Positions 14,259-24,200 of a stretch of DNA of 64,000 nt are shown here, in pieces. The stretch is from an uncultured Verrucomicrobiae bacterium. GTDB taxonomy: Bacteria; Chlamydiota; Chlamydiia; Chlamydiales; Rhabdochlamydiaceae. The position numbers and the translations under genes were made by a program. How positions within the stretch are numbered: position 1 is the stretch's first letter; each line of letters begins with the position of its first letter. The notes beneath the pieces are model-generated. The model ran no database searches and was not told the origin of the DNA. It saw only the letters and a list, made by a program, of their open reading frames with translations. The stretch covers positions 32,001 to 96,000 of the forward strand of contig CAWFUG010000011.1 of NCBI GenBank assembly GCA_963818965.1, in the 5' to 3' direction.

Positions 14259-15251
14259 TCGATCGATCCAAACCACTCCACGGGGGGCGAGCTCTAAGTG
14301 AAGGAGCTGGTCCTTTCCCACTTTTACCTTTTCGCGCTGCCCGACACGACACGACACCAAACCCTTGGGTAGCTTGAGCGTCACTGCCTGTGCTGTTTCA
14401 GAAGAAAGAGACACCTGGCGCAGACATTTCTTCGTCCACTCCATCGAAAGTCTTATCCCCGACCGCGTTCCTCCTCCCAGCCACCGGCCACAGTGAAATT
14501 CAGGAGGGACACAAGGCAACAGCAAAAGAACCCCTTCATCCTCCACAAAGAACAAAGAACGCACGATCTCTGCGCTTTCCGTCAAAAGCGCTAAAACAGA
14601 TCCCTTAAAGCTTCCCTGCTCCACAATCCCCTGAAATTCTGTGTCCTCTGCACGAGGCACGAACACCCCTTCAAATGCCGCCTGAAAAAACGTTCTAAAA
14701 AGAGAGACGATCTCTACCTTACGCCGCTCTACAACTGCTTGACGGCATGTATCCAAAAGCGCCCACATTCCCCCTACTCCCTCTCCTCGCTCCTGGGGCG
14801 AGCTCTGAGCGATGCGCAACCAGAGGGGAAAGAGCTCCTTTAAATCCAGACGCCCCTTGATTTTCTCCCACTCCTGCGCTTTATGCATCCCCAAAGAAAG
14901 CCTGTCTAAACAAGACGGGGGTACATATCCCTCTGAACACGGAACCAGAAGCGCGCGTTTTCCGCCCCCTTTTTCCCAATCGATCCAGATCCCTTGTTCC
15001 TCCGCAAAGAGCGCATACCGCATCCCCTCTCCCCATACGCGGATACGCCCGCGTTCGAGATCGAGCTCCGCCGTAAATCCCTTCACAGGTCCTTTGACCT
15101 CTAGATCAAAAAACAGGGTCTTTCCCCCTTCTTCAGAAAAAATCAGGCGCGTGGGGTAGATCTGCACTCTCCAAGGAGTCCCTGGAATCGGGAATAGAGA
15201 GCCTAAGCTGTGGGAAAAGGGACGGAGGCGCTCGGCGATGGTGATCTTCAT
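14247..15251 (-). CDS. Conserved chlamydial-type hypothetical protein
   Basis: 334-aa ORF overlapping the mtaB stop; motifs RPFSH, LSLGMHKAQEW, SMEWTKK; lies upstream of glgB. Confidence 0.75.
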   Translation of the reverse strand: MKITIAERLRPFSHSLGSLFPIPGTPWRVQIYPTRLIFSEEGGKTLFFDLEVKGPVKGFTAELDLERGRIRVWGEGMRYALFAEEQGIWIDWEKGGGKRALLVPCSEGYVPPSCLDRLSLGMHKAQEWEKIKGRLDLKELFPLWLRIAQSSPQERGEGVGGMWALLDTCRQAVVERRKVEIVSLFRTFFQAAFEGVFVPRAEDTEFQGIVEQGSFKGSVLALLTESAEIVRSLFFVEDEGVLLLLPCVPPEFHCGRWLGGGTRSGIRLSMEWTKKCLRQVSLSSETAQAVTLKLPKGLVSCRVGQREKVKVGKDQLLHLELAPRGVVWIDRLES

Positions 15252-16522
15252 GAGATGACCCTCCCGAACAGCCCTTCAGGGCGGTTTTCTATGAGCTCTA
15301 CAGCGACGAGTGTGTTGGGACTCAAATCCCCCTTAGGGACAAAGACCTGTAGGAAATTATCCGTATGCCCGCCGATTCTCTCGGGGAAATGAGACTCATC
15401 ATTTTCCAAGAGAACAGAACGCCTTTGCCCGAGGAACGATTCCCTCAAAGAGAACGCGTGTTCCTCTGCTGCGCGCAAGAGCCGCTGCTTCCGCTCTTGC
15501 ATCACTTCAGGACTCACCCGATTCGGATAGAGCGCAGCGCGCGTCCGCTCGCGGACGCTGAAGGGGAACATGTGGACCTTGGCAAAGCGCACCCGCCGCA
15601 TCACATCTAACGTGTCCTCAAAGTCTCGCTCGCTCTCTCCAGGAAAGCCCACAATGATATCAGTGGTCACCGTAAAATCGGGGCACGCTTTTTGTAAGCG
15701 CTCGATTGTCTCTAAAAAGATCTCCCGCGTGTACTTGCGATTCATCCGCTTTAATATGACGTTCGATCCCGCTTGGAGCACGATATGCATCGAAGGACAG
15801 GTTTTCTTCCCATTCAAGATCGCATCTGTCAGGTCTTCGTCGATCTCATCGGGATCGATCGAAGAGAGCCTGAGTCGCTCGAGCCCATCCAAACCATCGA
15901 CCTCTCGAATGAGTGTGGAAAGACGCACAGGAGGCTCTCCCTCTTTTGGAGCCCCATCGAAGTCTCCCACATTGATCCCCGTGATCACGACCTCTTTGTA
16001 GCCATTGGCGATCAATTGGCGGATCTCAGCGAGAATCTCTGAGACAGGACGCGAGCGAGAACGGCCGCGGACATAGGGGATGATGCAATAGGTACAAAAG
16101 GAATTACACCCATCCTGAACTTTTACAAAAGCTCGCGTATGCGCTTCGAACCTCTGAATGGAAAATTCGGGGATCTCTTCATCGGGAAGGGCGAGCGACA
16201 GGAGGTTCTCCTTATCGCGATTGGAGACGACAAGACTCACACCGGTAATTTTATCGATTGTCTCTGGAGAGCGCTCAGCGAGACAGCCTGTGACGATGAG
16301 CTTCGCACCGGGGTATTTGCGCGCTAGCTGGCGAATCTGGTGCCTACTGGAACTATCGGCAGAATCTGTAACCGTGCAGGTATTGACGATGCAGATCTCT
16401 GCATCTTCTCCTTCTCGGGCTTCTTGAAACCCCATCTGGAGGAGCTGATCTACATAAGCTTGGGATTCGTACTGATTCGTCCGACACCCCAGCGTGACGA
16501 CTTTAAATTTTCGGTTTGACAC
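15248..16522 (-). CDS. mtaB: Threonylcarbamoyladenosine tRNA methylthiotransferase
   Basis: TLGCRTNQYES, VNTCTVT, KVQDGCNSFCTYCIIP, VHMFPFS.R. True start probably GTG at 16522; the longer ORF start lies inside a MITE. Confidence 0.93.
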   Translation of the reverse strand: MSNRKFKVVTLGCRTNQYESQAYVDQLLQMGFQEAREGEDAEICIVNTCTVTDSADSSSRHQIRQLARKYPGAKLIVTGCLAERSPETIDKITGVSLVVSNRDKENLLSLALPDEEIPEFSIQRFEAHTRAFVKVQDGCNSFCTYCIIPYVRGRSRSRPVSEILAEIRQLIANGYKEVVITGINVGDFDGAPKEGEPPVRLSTLIREVDGLDGLERLRLSSIDPDEIDEDLTDAILNGKKTCPSMHIVLQAGSNVILKRMNRKYTREIFLETIERLQKACPDFTVTTDIIVGFPGESERDFEDTLDVMRRVRFAKVHMFPFSVRERTRAALYPNRVSPEVMQERKQRLLRAAEEHAFSLRESFLGQRRSVLLENDESHFPERIGGHTDNFLQVFVPKGDLSPNTLVAVELIENRPEGLFGRVIS

Positions 16523-16540
16523 GATCTTGACTTTGCTAGC

Positions 16541-16706
16541 TATACCCCGCGCGCTTAGGAATGGCGCATTTGAGCGCGTCAAAGCCCCGGGATTCTACGA
16601 TCGAAGAGGGGGCCTGTATTTCTTCAATACTGGCCCCCTCTTCGATCGTAGAATCGCGGGAGCTTTCACGCAGCTCAAATGCGCCATTCCTAAGCGCGCG
16701 GGGTAT
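16541..16706. mobile_element. Palindromic MITE family A
   Basis: ATACCCCGCGCGCTTAGGAATGGCGCATTTGAGC / GCTCAAATGCGCCATTCCTAAGCGCGCGGGGTAT terminal arms plus a long inner stem; nearly identical to 40308-40476. Confidence 0.9.
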
Positions 16707-16781
16707 CAGGTCTTCTAGAATATGTCATCCCAAAGATTCCTGGAAAGCGGAAACCTCGACTTTATACATTCCTAACCGTGA

Positions 16782-17051
16782 CCGATACCGTTACTGGGGG
16801 CAACGGGGTGCAGCCCAAAGGAGATTGGGGAAATCAAGCCCTGGTATAATAAGCGATTTAAAGCTTGGATTTTCAGACATAAGAAGTACCCAAATGTTGA
16901 GTATGTCGGAGAATCTTCTAAAGAAACACTAAAAAATTATCCGCTTTATTTACGGGATTTTATCGAAGAAAGGCTCAACAATAATCTTGCACCCCATATC
17001 GAAAAAGTGACGAAAGGTCATGGGGGCAAGGGAAAGCGACAAAAAAAATGA
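16782..17051 (+). pseudogene. Start-less reading frame resembling a HicB-like antitoxin/DNA-binding protein fragment
   Basis: Frame not in the ORF track: EIGEIKPWYNKRFKAWIFRHKKYPNVEYVGESSKETLKNYPLYLRDFIEERLNNNL...KGHGGKGK*. Preceded by TGA at 16779 and no suitable upstream ATG. Confidence 0.4.
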
Positions 17052-17116
17052 TATAACGATATGAACGATAAAGAATGTTTCGAAACAACTTAGTTATAGA
17101 GAACTAAAAAACCCAC

Positions 17117-17154
17117 ATCATTCTTATCATTATATCCTTCCTATCATTTCCTTG
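17117..17154 (-). repeat. Isolated internal module of MITE family B
   Basis: Reverse complement CAAGGAAATGATAGGAAGGATATAATGATAAGAATGAT matches 55920-55957 and about 60767-60804. Confidence 0.7.
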
Positions 17155-17242
17155 CCGCTCGCTCGCCAAAACCTTTATACCCAAGTATACTTAAGATCGT
17201 GAGTTTCGGCCACAATAAGAACTCGAGGATGATTCTAAGCTC

Positions 17243-17590
17243 TTATTTTCCGTGGTGTCCACCGCCGCCATGATGCCCACCGCCATGGTGGTCTCCCCCA
17301 TGATGATCATGATGGTCATGATGGTCGTGGTGATCATGATGATCGTGGTGATGATCATGGTGGTGATGGTGGTGGTAGTAGTTGAAATCGACCTCATTAT
17401 CGAACCAAACGCCATAGTAGAAACCAGGACCGACCCAAATCACGTTATCGTCACCCCCGCCCGCTTCGATGAAAACTGCCCCTTCTTCAGGTGGGATGTC
17501 TGGTTGGCCCGTCGGTTGCTTGGAACCATCCTTGTTTGCGCCGCAGGAAAAAAGAAGGCCCAAAACGAGAACCAATGGGAAAATCGACAT
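17243..17590 (-). CDS. Putative lipoprotein with His/Asp/Gly-rich tail
   Basis: Signal peptide with lipobox-like LLFSC; VWVGPGFYYGVWFD; C-terminal poly-His/HHD/HHGGG repeats. Confidence 0.75.
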   Translation of the reverse strand: MSIFPLVLVLGLLFSCGANKDGSKQPTGQPDIPPEEGAVFIEAGGGDDNVIWVGPGFYYGVWFDNEVDFNYYHHHHHHDHHHDHHDHHDHHDHHDHHGGDHHGGGHHGGGGHHGK

Positions 17591-17666
17591 AAAAAACCTC
17601 GTGTTTATAAAACCCGAGTTAACCGAATTCAGCCAATTCGAGTAAAGTAAAAATTTAACAAGAAAT

Positions 17667-18872
17667 TTAATAGGAGCGCAGGGCCTGCGCGATGGGCATG
17701 CGCGCGACTTTTATAGCGGCAAGGCTTGAGGCGACAAGTGCCGAAGTGACGCTAAGGACCAGGGTCGAGACCAACATCGTCGGCGTGAATGCGAAAGCGA
17801 GCACCGCCTCGCGCGTTGAACCGGGTCCCGGTGGCATTAAAATCCCCTTGGCAAAGATCCCTTTGGCGACGAGATAAGTGAGGCCGACACCGATCAGACA
17901 CCCGAAAAAGCCAAGAAGCGCCCCTTCACAGAGGATCAGCTTCATGATATCTAAACGAGATTCCCCGTTGGCGCGTAAATTACCGATCTCTTGCTTTCTC
18001 TCTAGAATCGATGTGGAGATGGTATTGAAGATGCCTAAGAGAACGATCGAGATGATGATCAATTGAACCACGTGAAATTGGGCATTTAACCAATCGACTG
18101 AGTTCTGGTAATAGACTTTATCGAGCTCTGCAAAAGACGCCGCTTCTATCTGAGGAAATTTTTGTCGCATCGCTTCTACGATCGCATCCCAATGCTCATG
18201 ACTGACCAACCCGACGGATACAGACTCGACTTTATCTGTGCGCAAGAGTTCTTGAGCCTTTTCGAGCTGGATGCGGAAAAAGCGATTATCGTAATCCGCC
18301 TTTCCCGTATGAAAAATCCCCGTCACTTTTAGTTTGGTCTTCTGGATGCTCCCATCGGTCGCCTTCGTGTAGAGCTCGAGTTGATCTCCCGGTTTGACAT
18401 TCAGAGCTTTGGCAAGTCCTTTGCCGAGCAAAATTCCATTTTTTTCTTTCCCGAGATTAGCTCCCTCTTCCACATTCAAACCGTCGAAGAAATCGTCCTC
18501 TTGGCTTGCCAAGATGCCCTGTCCTTGTCCTGTGACCGATACCTTTTTATGCATGAGCATCGCTGGAATCGAAAGGCGGGGGAACACCGATTGGACCCCT
18601 TCTTGATCGAGCAAGAAAAACTCTAAGCTCTCCCAATTGGCAATCCAGTGATTCCAAGGCTTTTCATAGACGGTATCGCGGTATCCCTTTTCGTTGAGCT
18701 GACCATTGCCGTAATGCGCGTGGATCATATTCTCGCGGTAATTACCCAAAACACCGTGGATAAATCCTTGGAAAGCAAAGAGCGCACCGGCGCCAAGACC
18801 TACTGTTAATAGAATGGCAATGGTCCTGCGGAAATTGCGAAATAGATTTCTGATGCTTAAAGATAAGATCAT
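17667..18872 (-). CDS. ABC transporter permease, FtsX/MacB (LolE-like) family
   Basis: RNLFRNFRRT N-terminus, large periplasmic loop, SILERKQEIGNLRANG motif, 4 TM. Confidence 0.9.
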   Translation of the reverse strand: MILSLSIRNLFRNFRRTIAILLTVGLGAGALFAFQGFIHGVLGNYRENMIHAHYGNGQLNEKGYRDTVYEKPWNHWIANWESLEFFLLDQEGVQSVFPRLSIPAMLMHKKVSVTGQGQGILASQEDDFFDGLNVEEGANLGKEKNGILLGKGLAKALNVKPGDQLELYTKATDGSIQKTKLKVTGIFHTGKADYDNRFFRIQLEKAQELLRTDKVESVSVGLVSHEHWDAIVEAMRQKFPQIEAASFAELDKVYYQNSVDWLNAQFHVVQLIIISIVLLGIFNTISTSILERKQEIGNLRANGESRLDIMKLILCEGALLGFFGCLIGVGLTYLVAKGIFAKGILMPPGPGSTREAVLAFAFTPTMLVSTLVLSVTSALVASSLAAIKVARMPIAQALRSY

Positions 18873-19552
18873 CTCGCCTCCAATCGCCCATCTCTTAGAT
18901 GGAAGTCTTTTTCTGAATAGGCGAGAACCTGTGGATCGTGCGTGGTCAGAATCACCGTCACTTTTTTGTCGCGGACGAGTTTGAGCAGTAGATCCATGAT
19001 CCCTCGGCCTGTCTTTTGATCGAGGCTCGCTGTCGGCTCATCTGCGATGATCACTTCAGGATGTTTTGCAAGAGCCCGCGCGATTGCAACCCGCTGCTTC
19101 TGTCCTCCGCTTAACTCTCCCGGCTTCTTTTTACGGTGATCCCAAAGGCCGACGACTTCTAAAGAATACTTCACCCGCTCTGCGATCTCTTTTTTGGATA
19201 GCCCTTGTCGTTTTAAAAAGTATTCGACATTTTCCTCTGTCGAAAGAACGGGGATCAAATGAAATTGTTGAAAGATGAATCCAATTTTTACTTTGCGGAT
19301 CTCGTTTTTTCGTTTTTGAGTCATCGTCAGGAAATTCTCCCCTTCAAAGAGGATCTCTCCCCCTTGCAGAGGTTCGATCAATCCCAATAAATTCAATAAA
19401 GTCGATTTACCGGAACCTGAGGGACCTGAAAAAGTGACCAAAGAATAGCGCTGGATCTCCAGACTCAAATCAGAAAGCGCTACCACCTTCTGCGAACCCA
19501 AAACATAGCTGAATGCGATGCCTTTTAAAGAATATAGAATATCGGAATCCAC
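18869..19552 (-). CDS. ABC transporter ATP-binding protein (LolD/MacB-like)
   Basis: [31 protein letters not shown]. Confidence 0.93.
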   Translation of the reverse strand: MDSDILYSLKGIAFSYVLGSQKVVALSDLSLEIQRYSLVTFSGPSGSGKSTLLNLLGLIEPLQGGEILFEGENFLTMTQKRKNEIRKVKIGFIFQQFHLIPVLSTEENVEYFLKRQGLSKKEIAERVKYSLEVVGLWDHRKKKPGELSGGQKQRVAIARALAKHPEVIIADEPTASLDQKTGRGIMDLLLKLVRDKKVTVILTTHDPQVLAYSEKDFHLRDGRLEAR

Positions 19553-19611
19553 TTTCCCCTTAGATTAATAACCACTTTTTTATCAGATTATAACTAAACA
19601 GGTAATTAAAC

Positions 19612-21111
19612 TCACGGTAAAACTTTATTGAAAACAGACTCAACTTCCCCTTCGAAAATTTCAATATGTAGAGTCTCTGGCTTCCCTTCTCCATTCAAAC
19701 AAAAGCTCGCATAGGTGCCTGAATCGGTCACAAAAGGCCAAGAGAATAAAAAAGAATCTCGATTGTAGTGTTTGAGCATCCACTTCGTTTTTCGCGGTCC
19801 AATCTCAATCTGTAGCCCCTCTCCTGCGACAGTTACGACGAGTTTGCCATAGATGGAGTTTTGATAGACTCCTGTGTATGCGTTTAAAGACAAAGCGGGA
19901 AGGATCACTTTCGGCGGAACTACTTTTTTAGATCTACCCTCTTTTTGTGCATCGAGTAATTTTTGCGTCCAATCGACAGAGGGTTTTTCAAAATAGAGAT
20001 CGAAGAATTTCCAAGTGAGGGCTTCTGCGACCACCGTATCCCGCGTATTGCACAAGACGACAATCCCTAAGCGCTCTTCTGGAATCACCGCCATGTTGTT
20101 GTTGACGTTCAATGTCGCCCCATTGTGCCAGATGATCGGATAAGGAGAATAGTCGCGTGAGATCCATCCTAAGCAGTAATAGTTCGGAATCCCATTGAGG
20201 TTTGCAGCGAAGATATGAGGGCGGTGTGTACGAGAGAGATTCTCTTTCGAGATCACTTGTTTGCCCTGATAGCGGCCTAAATCTGCCTGAAGTGTGATCC
20301 ACTTGGCCATATCTAAAATCGTAGAATTAACACCTCCTGATGCCGCATAGATGTAGATCCAATCCCTACTTTCAAAATTCTCAGGCAAAGTGACTACTTG
20401 ACCATCGGAGAGGCGCACATGCCACCCTGCACGCTGAGAATTCTTCAAATAGCCTTGTAAATCGCAGCTAGAGGCATTCATCCCCAGCGGATTAAAGAGC
20501 TCTTCGTGGATCAGCGTCTCCCACGACTTTCCTGTGATCTGATGGAGCACCTTAGCACCGACGGCAAAAAAGACATTTTGGTAGGCGAACTGTGAGCGAA
20601 AACTCGACACAGGAGGATAGAAGCGCAAGTGGTCGATGATAGAATCGATCGGAATCCCCAAAAGAGGCTGAAAATCCCCTTCACGCGGCAAGAGACCACT
20701 TCTCTGCGCATAGAGATCTTCGATCTCAAATGCCCGTGTGACCCATGGATCGTACATCATAAAAGAGGGCAAGTGATCCACCACGGGATCTTCCCACTTC
20801 AGCCACTTCCGATCGACGCCCACAGCTGTCAGCGCTGTCGTAAACGATTTACTCATCGATCCGATCTGAAAGAGCGTGTCTGTCGTCACTGGATCTGGAG
20901 CATTGAGATCCCGCTTTCCAAACCCCTTCACATAAACGACTTTGCCATCCTTCACAATGGCCACCGCCATCCCCACCGCCTGACACTTTTGCCGCGAGCT
21001 TTCTGCGTACTGCTCGAATTCCTCGAGCAAACCGCTCCACTCTCGCGCATAGACAAACGAAGAAAACAGAGAAAAGACACAACAAATGATTTTCGCCCTA
21101 AACATCGCCAC
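19612..21111 (-). CDS. Secreted serine hydrolase (beta-lactamase/AmpC-like family, DUF3471-like C-terminus)
   Basis: Signal peptide; FQIGSMSKSFT (SxxK), FAYQN (YxN), HNG; C-terminal YTGVYQNSIYG. Confidence 0.9.
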   Translation of the reverse strand: MAMFRAKIICCVFSLFSSFVYAREWSGLLEEFEQYAESSRQKCQAVGMAVAIVKDGKVVYVKGFGKRDLNAPDPVTTDTLFQIGSMSKSFTTALTAVGVDRKWLKWEDPVVDHLPSFMMYDPWVTRAFEIEDLYAQRSGLLPREGDFQPLLGIPIDSIIDHLRFYPPVSSFRSQFAYQNVFFAVGAKVLHQITGKSWETLIHEELFNPLGMNASSCDLQGYLKNSQRAGWHVRLSDGQVVTLPENFESRDWIYIYAASGGVNSTILDMAKWITLQADLGRYQGKQVISKENLSRTHRPHIFAANLNGIPNYYCLGWISRDYSPYPIIWHNGATLNVNNNMAVIPEERLGIVVLCNTRDTVVAEALTWKFFDLYFEKPSVDWTQKLLDAQKEGRSKKVVPPKVILPALSLNAYTGVYQNSIYGKLVVTVAGEGLQIEIGPRKTKWMLKHYNRDSFLFSWPFVTDSGTYASFCLNGEGKPETLHIEIFEGEVESVFNKVLP

Positions 21112-21248
21112 TCCTAATTCGTATCGATATTTTTTGTTTAAAATAAAAAAAATAATAAATCAATAAAAACCAACGCGATCGACTTGTAAATAATTTAAAT
21201 TTAACTAATATAAAAATTAGACGTGTGAATTAAAAAAAGAGCAGTGTT

Positions 21249-24200
21249 ATGCATCCTCCGATGAGAAGTTCCCAAGAGATCCAAGCGCAATTGCACTCGA
21301 TCGAAGCACACTGCGAACAGGTTCAGCAAAAGTATGAAAAATCGGTGCGCGACCCCTCCGAGGAGGGAAGGACTCAGGCTCTTTTACGCAATAAGCTCAG
21401 TTCTGATCTGGATGGATTACGAGAAATGCGCGATCTATTTCTAAAGGGAAGGGTCAAATGCTCCAAAGAAGACGCAGAGGAGACCATCGCCCTATTCAAT
21501 CGCGTCGCTACCTTTGTTAATAAGGCGCTGCCTCAAACCGGCGTGGAAGCGCTGCCTGAAGCGGAAGTCTTGGATCTGCAGTTCTCCCCCTCCTTCCAGC
21601 AGCTTTCTGAAGTAGAGAAAGAATTCATTTCTGGGTTGACTCCCAAAAATTTGGGCCATCTCATTGGCGATTCCTTCATCCTAGGGATGACCGATCGTTG
21701 GGGGGGGCGCCTAGAGGGAAATACCATGACAGGGGCTCTAAAATTCCTCCTCAATGCGATCGAGTATCTACCCACGAAATACCCTGAAAAATTCGCGGGT
21801 AAGGAAGCGGAGCTCGCCCAAGCAAAGCAGCTTTTTTCCCAACTGCTTGAATCGTCAGATCGTTTGGAGAGGATCGAACAAGAAACAGACCCTGATAAAC
21901 AGGAGCGGCAATTTTCAGAATTCGTCTCCCAAACACGTGATCAATTGAGCCATTTAAAAGAGGGGGAGACACTGCTACTGCCGTGGGGATGGTCCGATCC
22001 CTCTAAGATCGGCCATGCCATGCTCCTCTCTTGTACGAGAAGGAATGGGGAGCTGTGGATCGAGGCGACGAATACGGGCTCTGGAACGGAATTTCACGAG
22101 GTTCCTCAAGAAGCAGGATTCCGCATTAATACGGTTTGTCACTACCGCATTCCCGCTGAAAAAGAGGAAGATTTCTACGATGGGACTTTATCTGCGTTAT
22201 TTGAACCGAGAATTCTCGGAGGATTGACTGAGCACGACAGTGTCATGGATATGAATGAGCGCTATAGCGCAGAAGAGCTCTACCTCATGCTCGAGCCGTA
22301 TCGTTCACAGCCTTGGGGCAAATACCCCCAGACAGAATCACTCAGAGGAGAGCAACAAAGTGGGACCTGTTCGTTACGCTGTTATTTCGATTGTTTTGGC
22401 AGAATGACCTCTAGCGATTTTCGTAAAGAATTTAAGTTTTTATGGGAGCAAGAGGTCGTCTCTCAGTTGCTACAATATGGAGATCACTTTGTAGCGAGCG
22501 ATCCCGTCTATGTCCTCTACTTGAATCGGATGAATCCCAATCTCTTCCGACACCTCGATAAATTGCGCAAACAGGGACTTCCCGAAACGGAAAGCCTCCC
22601 TCTTTTGGAAAAATTTGAAAGACAACAAAAAGAGATCGAGGCCCTCACTTTCCCCTCCGAAGAACAGGGGGTAACGCTCTCCACTAGATTCGAGCCTCGA
22701 TGGCCAGGGACCTACATGAGAGAACTTTGGGAAAGCGGCAGGAAGCGTCTCGTGGAAGGAGAAAGACCTTCGGAGTCTCAAAGTCAAGAAATGCCAGAAG
22801 GCGTGCCTCCACTGCTGCAAGCGGAGCAACTCGCCACTTTACCTCCCGAACAACTCTTAGAGATATTAGACGCCTCTGCTTTATTTTTTAGTGAAGAAGA
22901 TCCCCTGCTCGATGAAATAAAGTCTAGTGGAACCCAATGGAAATTCTTAGAATGCACCATTCCAAGGGATTTTTTCCTCGGAGAGCAATGCAGACAGATC
23001 GCTCGACTCTTCACAGATCCCGCCCTCGAAAATCAAAGACGCGTCTTTTTGGAACAGCTCAAAGACTCCCCTGAATTAGTGGATGCCTTTTTAGAGCGAT
23101 TCTCAAAACTCTCCGGCATGATGACACAACCGATCCTACAAATGGATCTCCGTTATCCCCTAGCTCTCGAAGGGTTGCGCCTTGCCATTTACGATCTAGC
23201 AGTCCTAAGAGATGACCAACAGGGCCTTCAAGGCACCCAGAGAATCGATCACTATGCTCTTCACTTCGAAATGGATTTGAAAAAGGTCTCTCTCTCTGCC
23301 TATACTTTCAATACCCCCCAGGCAGAACGGGAGTATCGACACTTACAAGCCGCTTACGCGCAACGCTTCCCCGATCCTAAGCAGCCGCGGCTATGCCATT
23401 TTACAGAATGGGAAACGTCTACAAACAAGGGGCGGGGTGGTAGCTCTTTGTCCATTCCTTACAGCAATCGAGTTCCAGATTTTCAATACGCAGCCCGTTG
23501 GATTACGAGCCTAAAAGAGGAAGATCAGGACAAAGCCCATCAAGACTATCTAAAAGCGATCAAAAAAGGCTACGGTTCGAGCGCTAAAGAGGAGGAATGG
23601 CGGGTCTGTTGGATGGTAGCACATGGCAAACTCCCTTTAAGCTATCGCGCTCTTCTAACCGCTTCTCTAGGAGCGACTCGGGTTGCTCCTACTTCTGATA
23701 AAGAGTTATCTTCATTTCCGAATGCATTATCGGTAACAGTGGATCTCTCCACAGTTTTTCTGGAGATCGTTTCAACGGATAAAGAAAACCCAAACTATCT
23801 TTCACTCATGCAAAGCGCTGAGCTCACTCCCACTGAAAATGCGCTGATCCATTTCCCTGGCATGGGTAGCGATAAAAACTCCATTCCCTTACATCCTCAA
23901 AAACAAAACGAAGGGACTTTAAAACACGATCCGAAGTTAAGAGAAATCATAGCGATCTTATCTGTAGAGCACCCGCTCCAGCTGACGATGGCTCTCGACT
24001 TCTACCGTCAGTCACCCGAGCTGCTCTTGCAGACAGAACACCGCATTCTCTTCGAATCCTTGTTCTTCGCTCCGACAAAGCTCTCAGAGGCACTAAAAAA
24101 AAATCCCGCCCAAGCTCAAGAAATCACCCGCTTTTTTGAAGAGCTCTCCACCCTCTTGACGCTGAAAAAAATCGCCCTCACCGATCCCCAAGAAATCCTC

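Noticed and set aside
16494..16932. ORFs 16494-16718, 16561-16932, 8488-8700, 8552-8758 and 40302-40562, several sharing motifs such as IPRALRNGAFE or SNAPFLSARGI
   Set aside because: These are translations of the MITE A palindrome, not a protein family.
17252..17650. Met/Val-rich 132-aa plus-strand ORF
   Set aside because: Antisense shadow of the His-repeat lipoprotein gene.
19612..21111. Bona fide AmpC beta-lactamase resistance gene
   Set aside because: HNG in place of KTG and a C-terminal extension fit the broad serine hydrolase family; resistance cannot be inferred.
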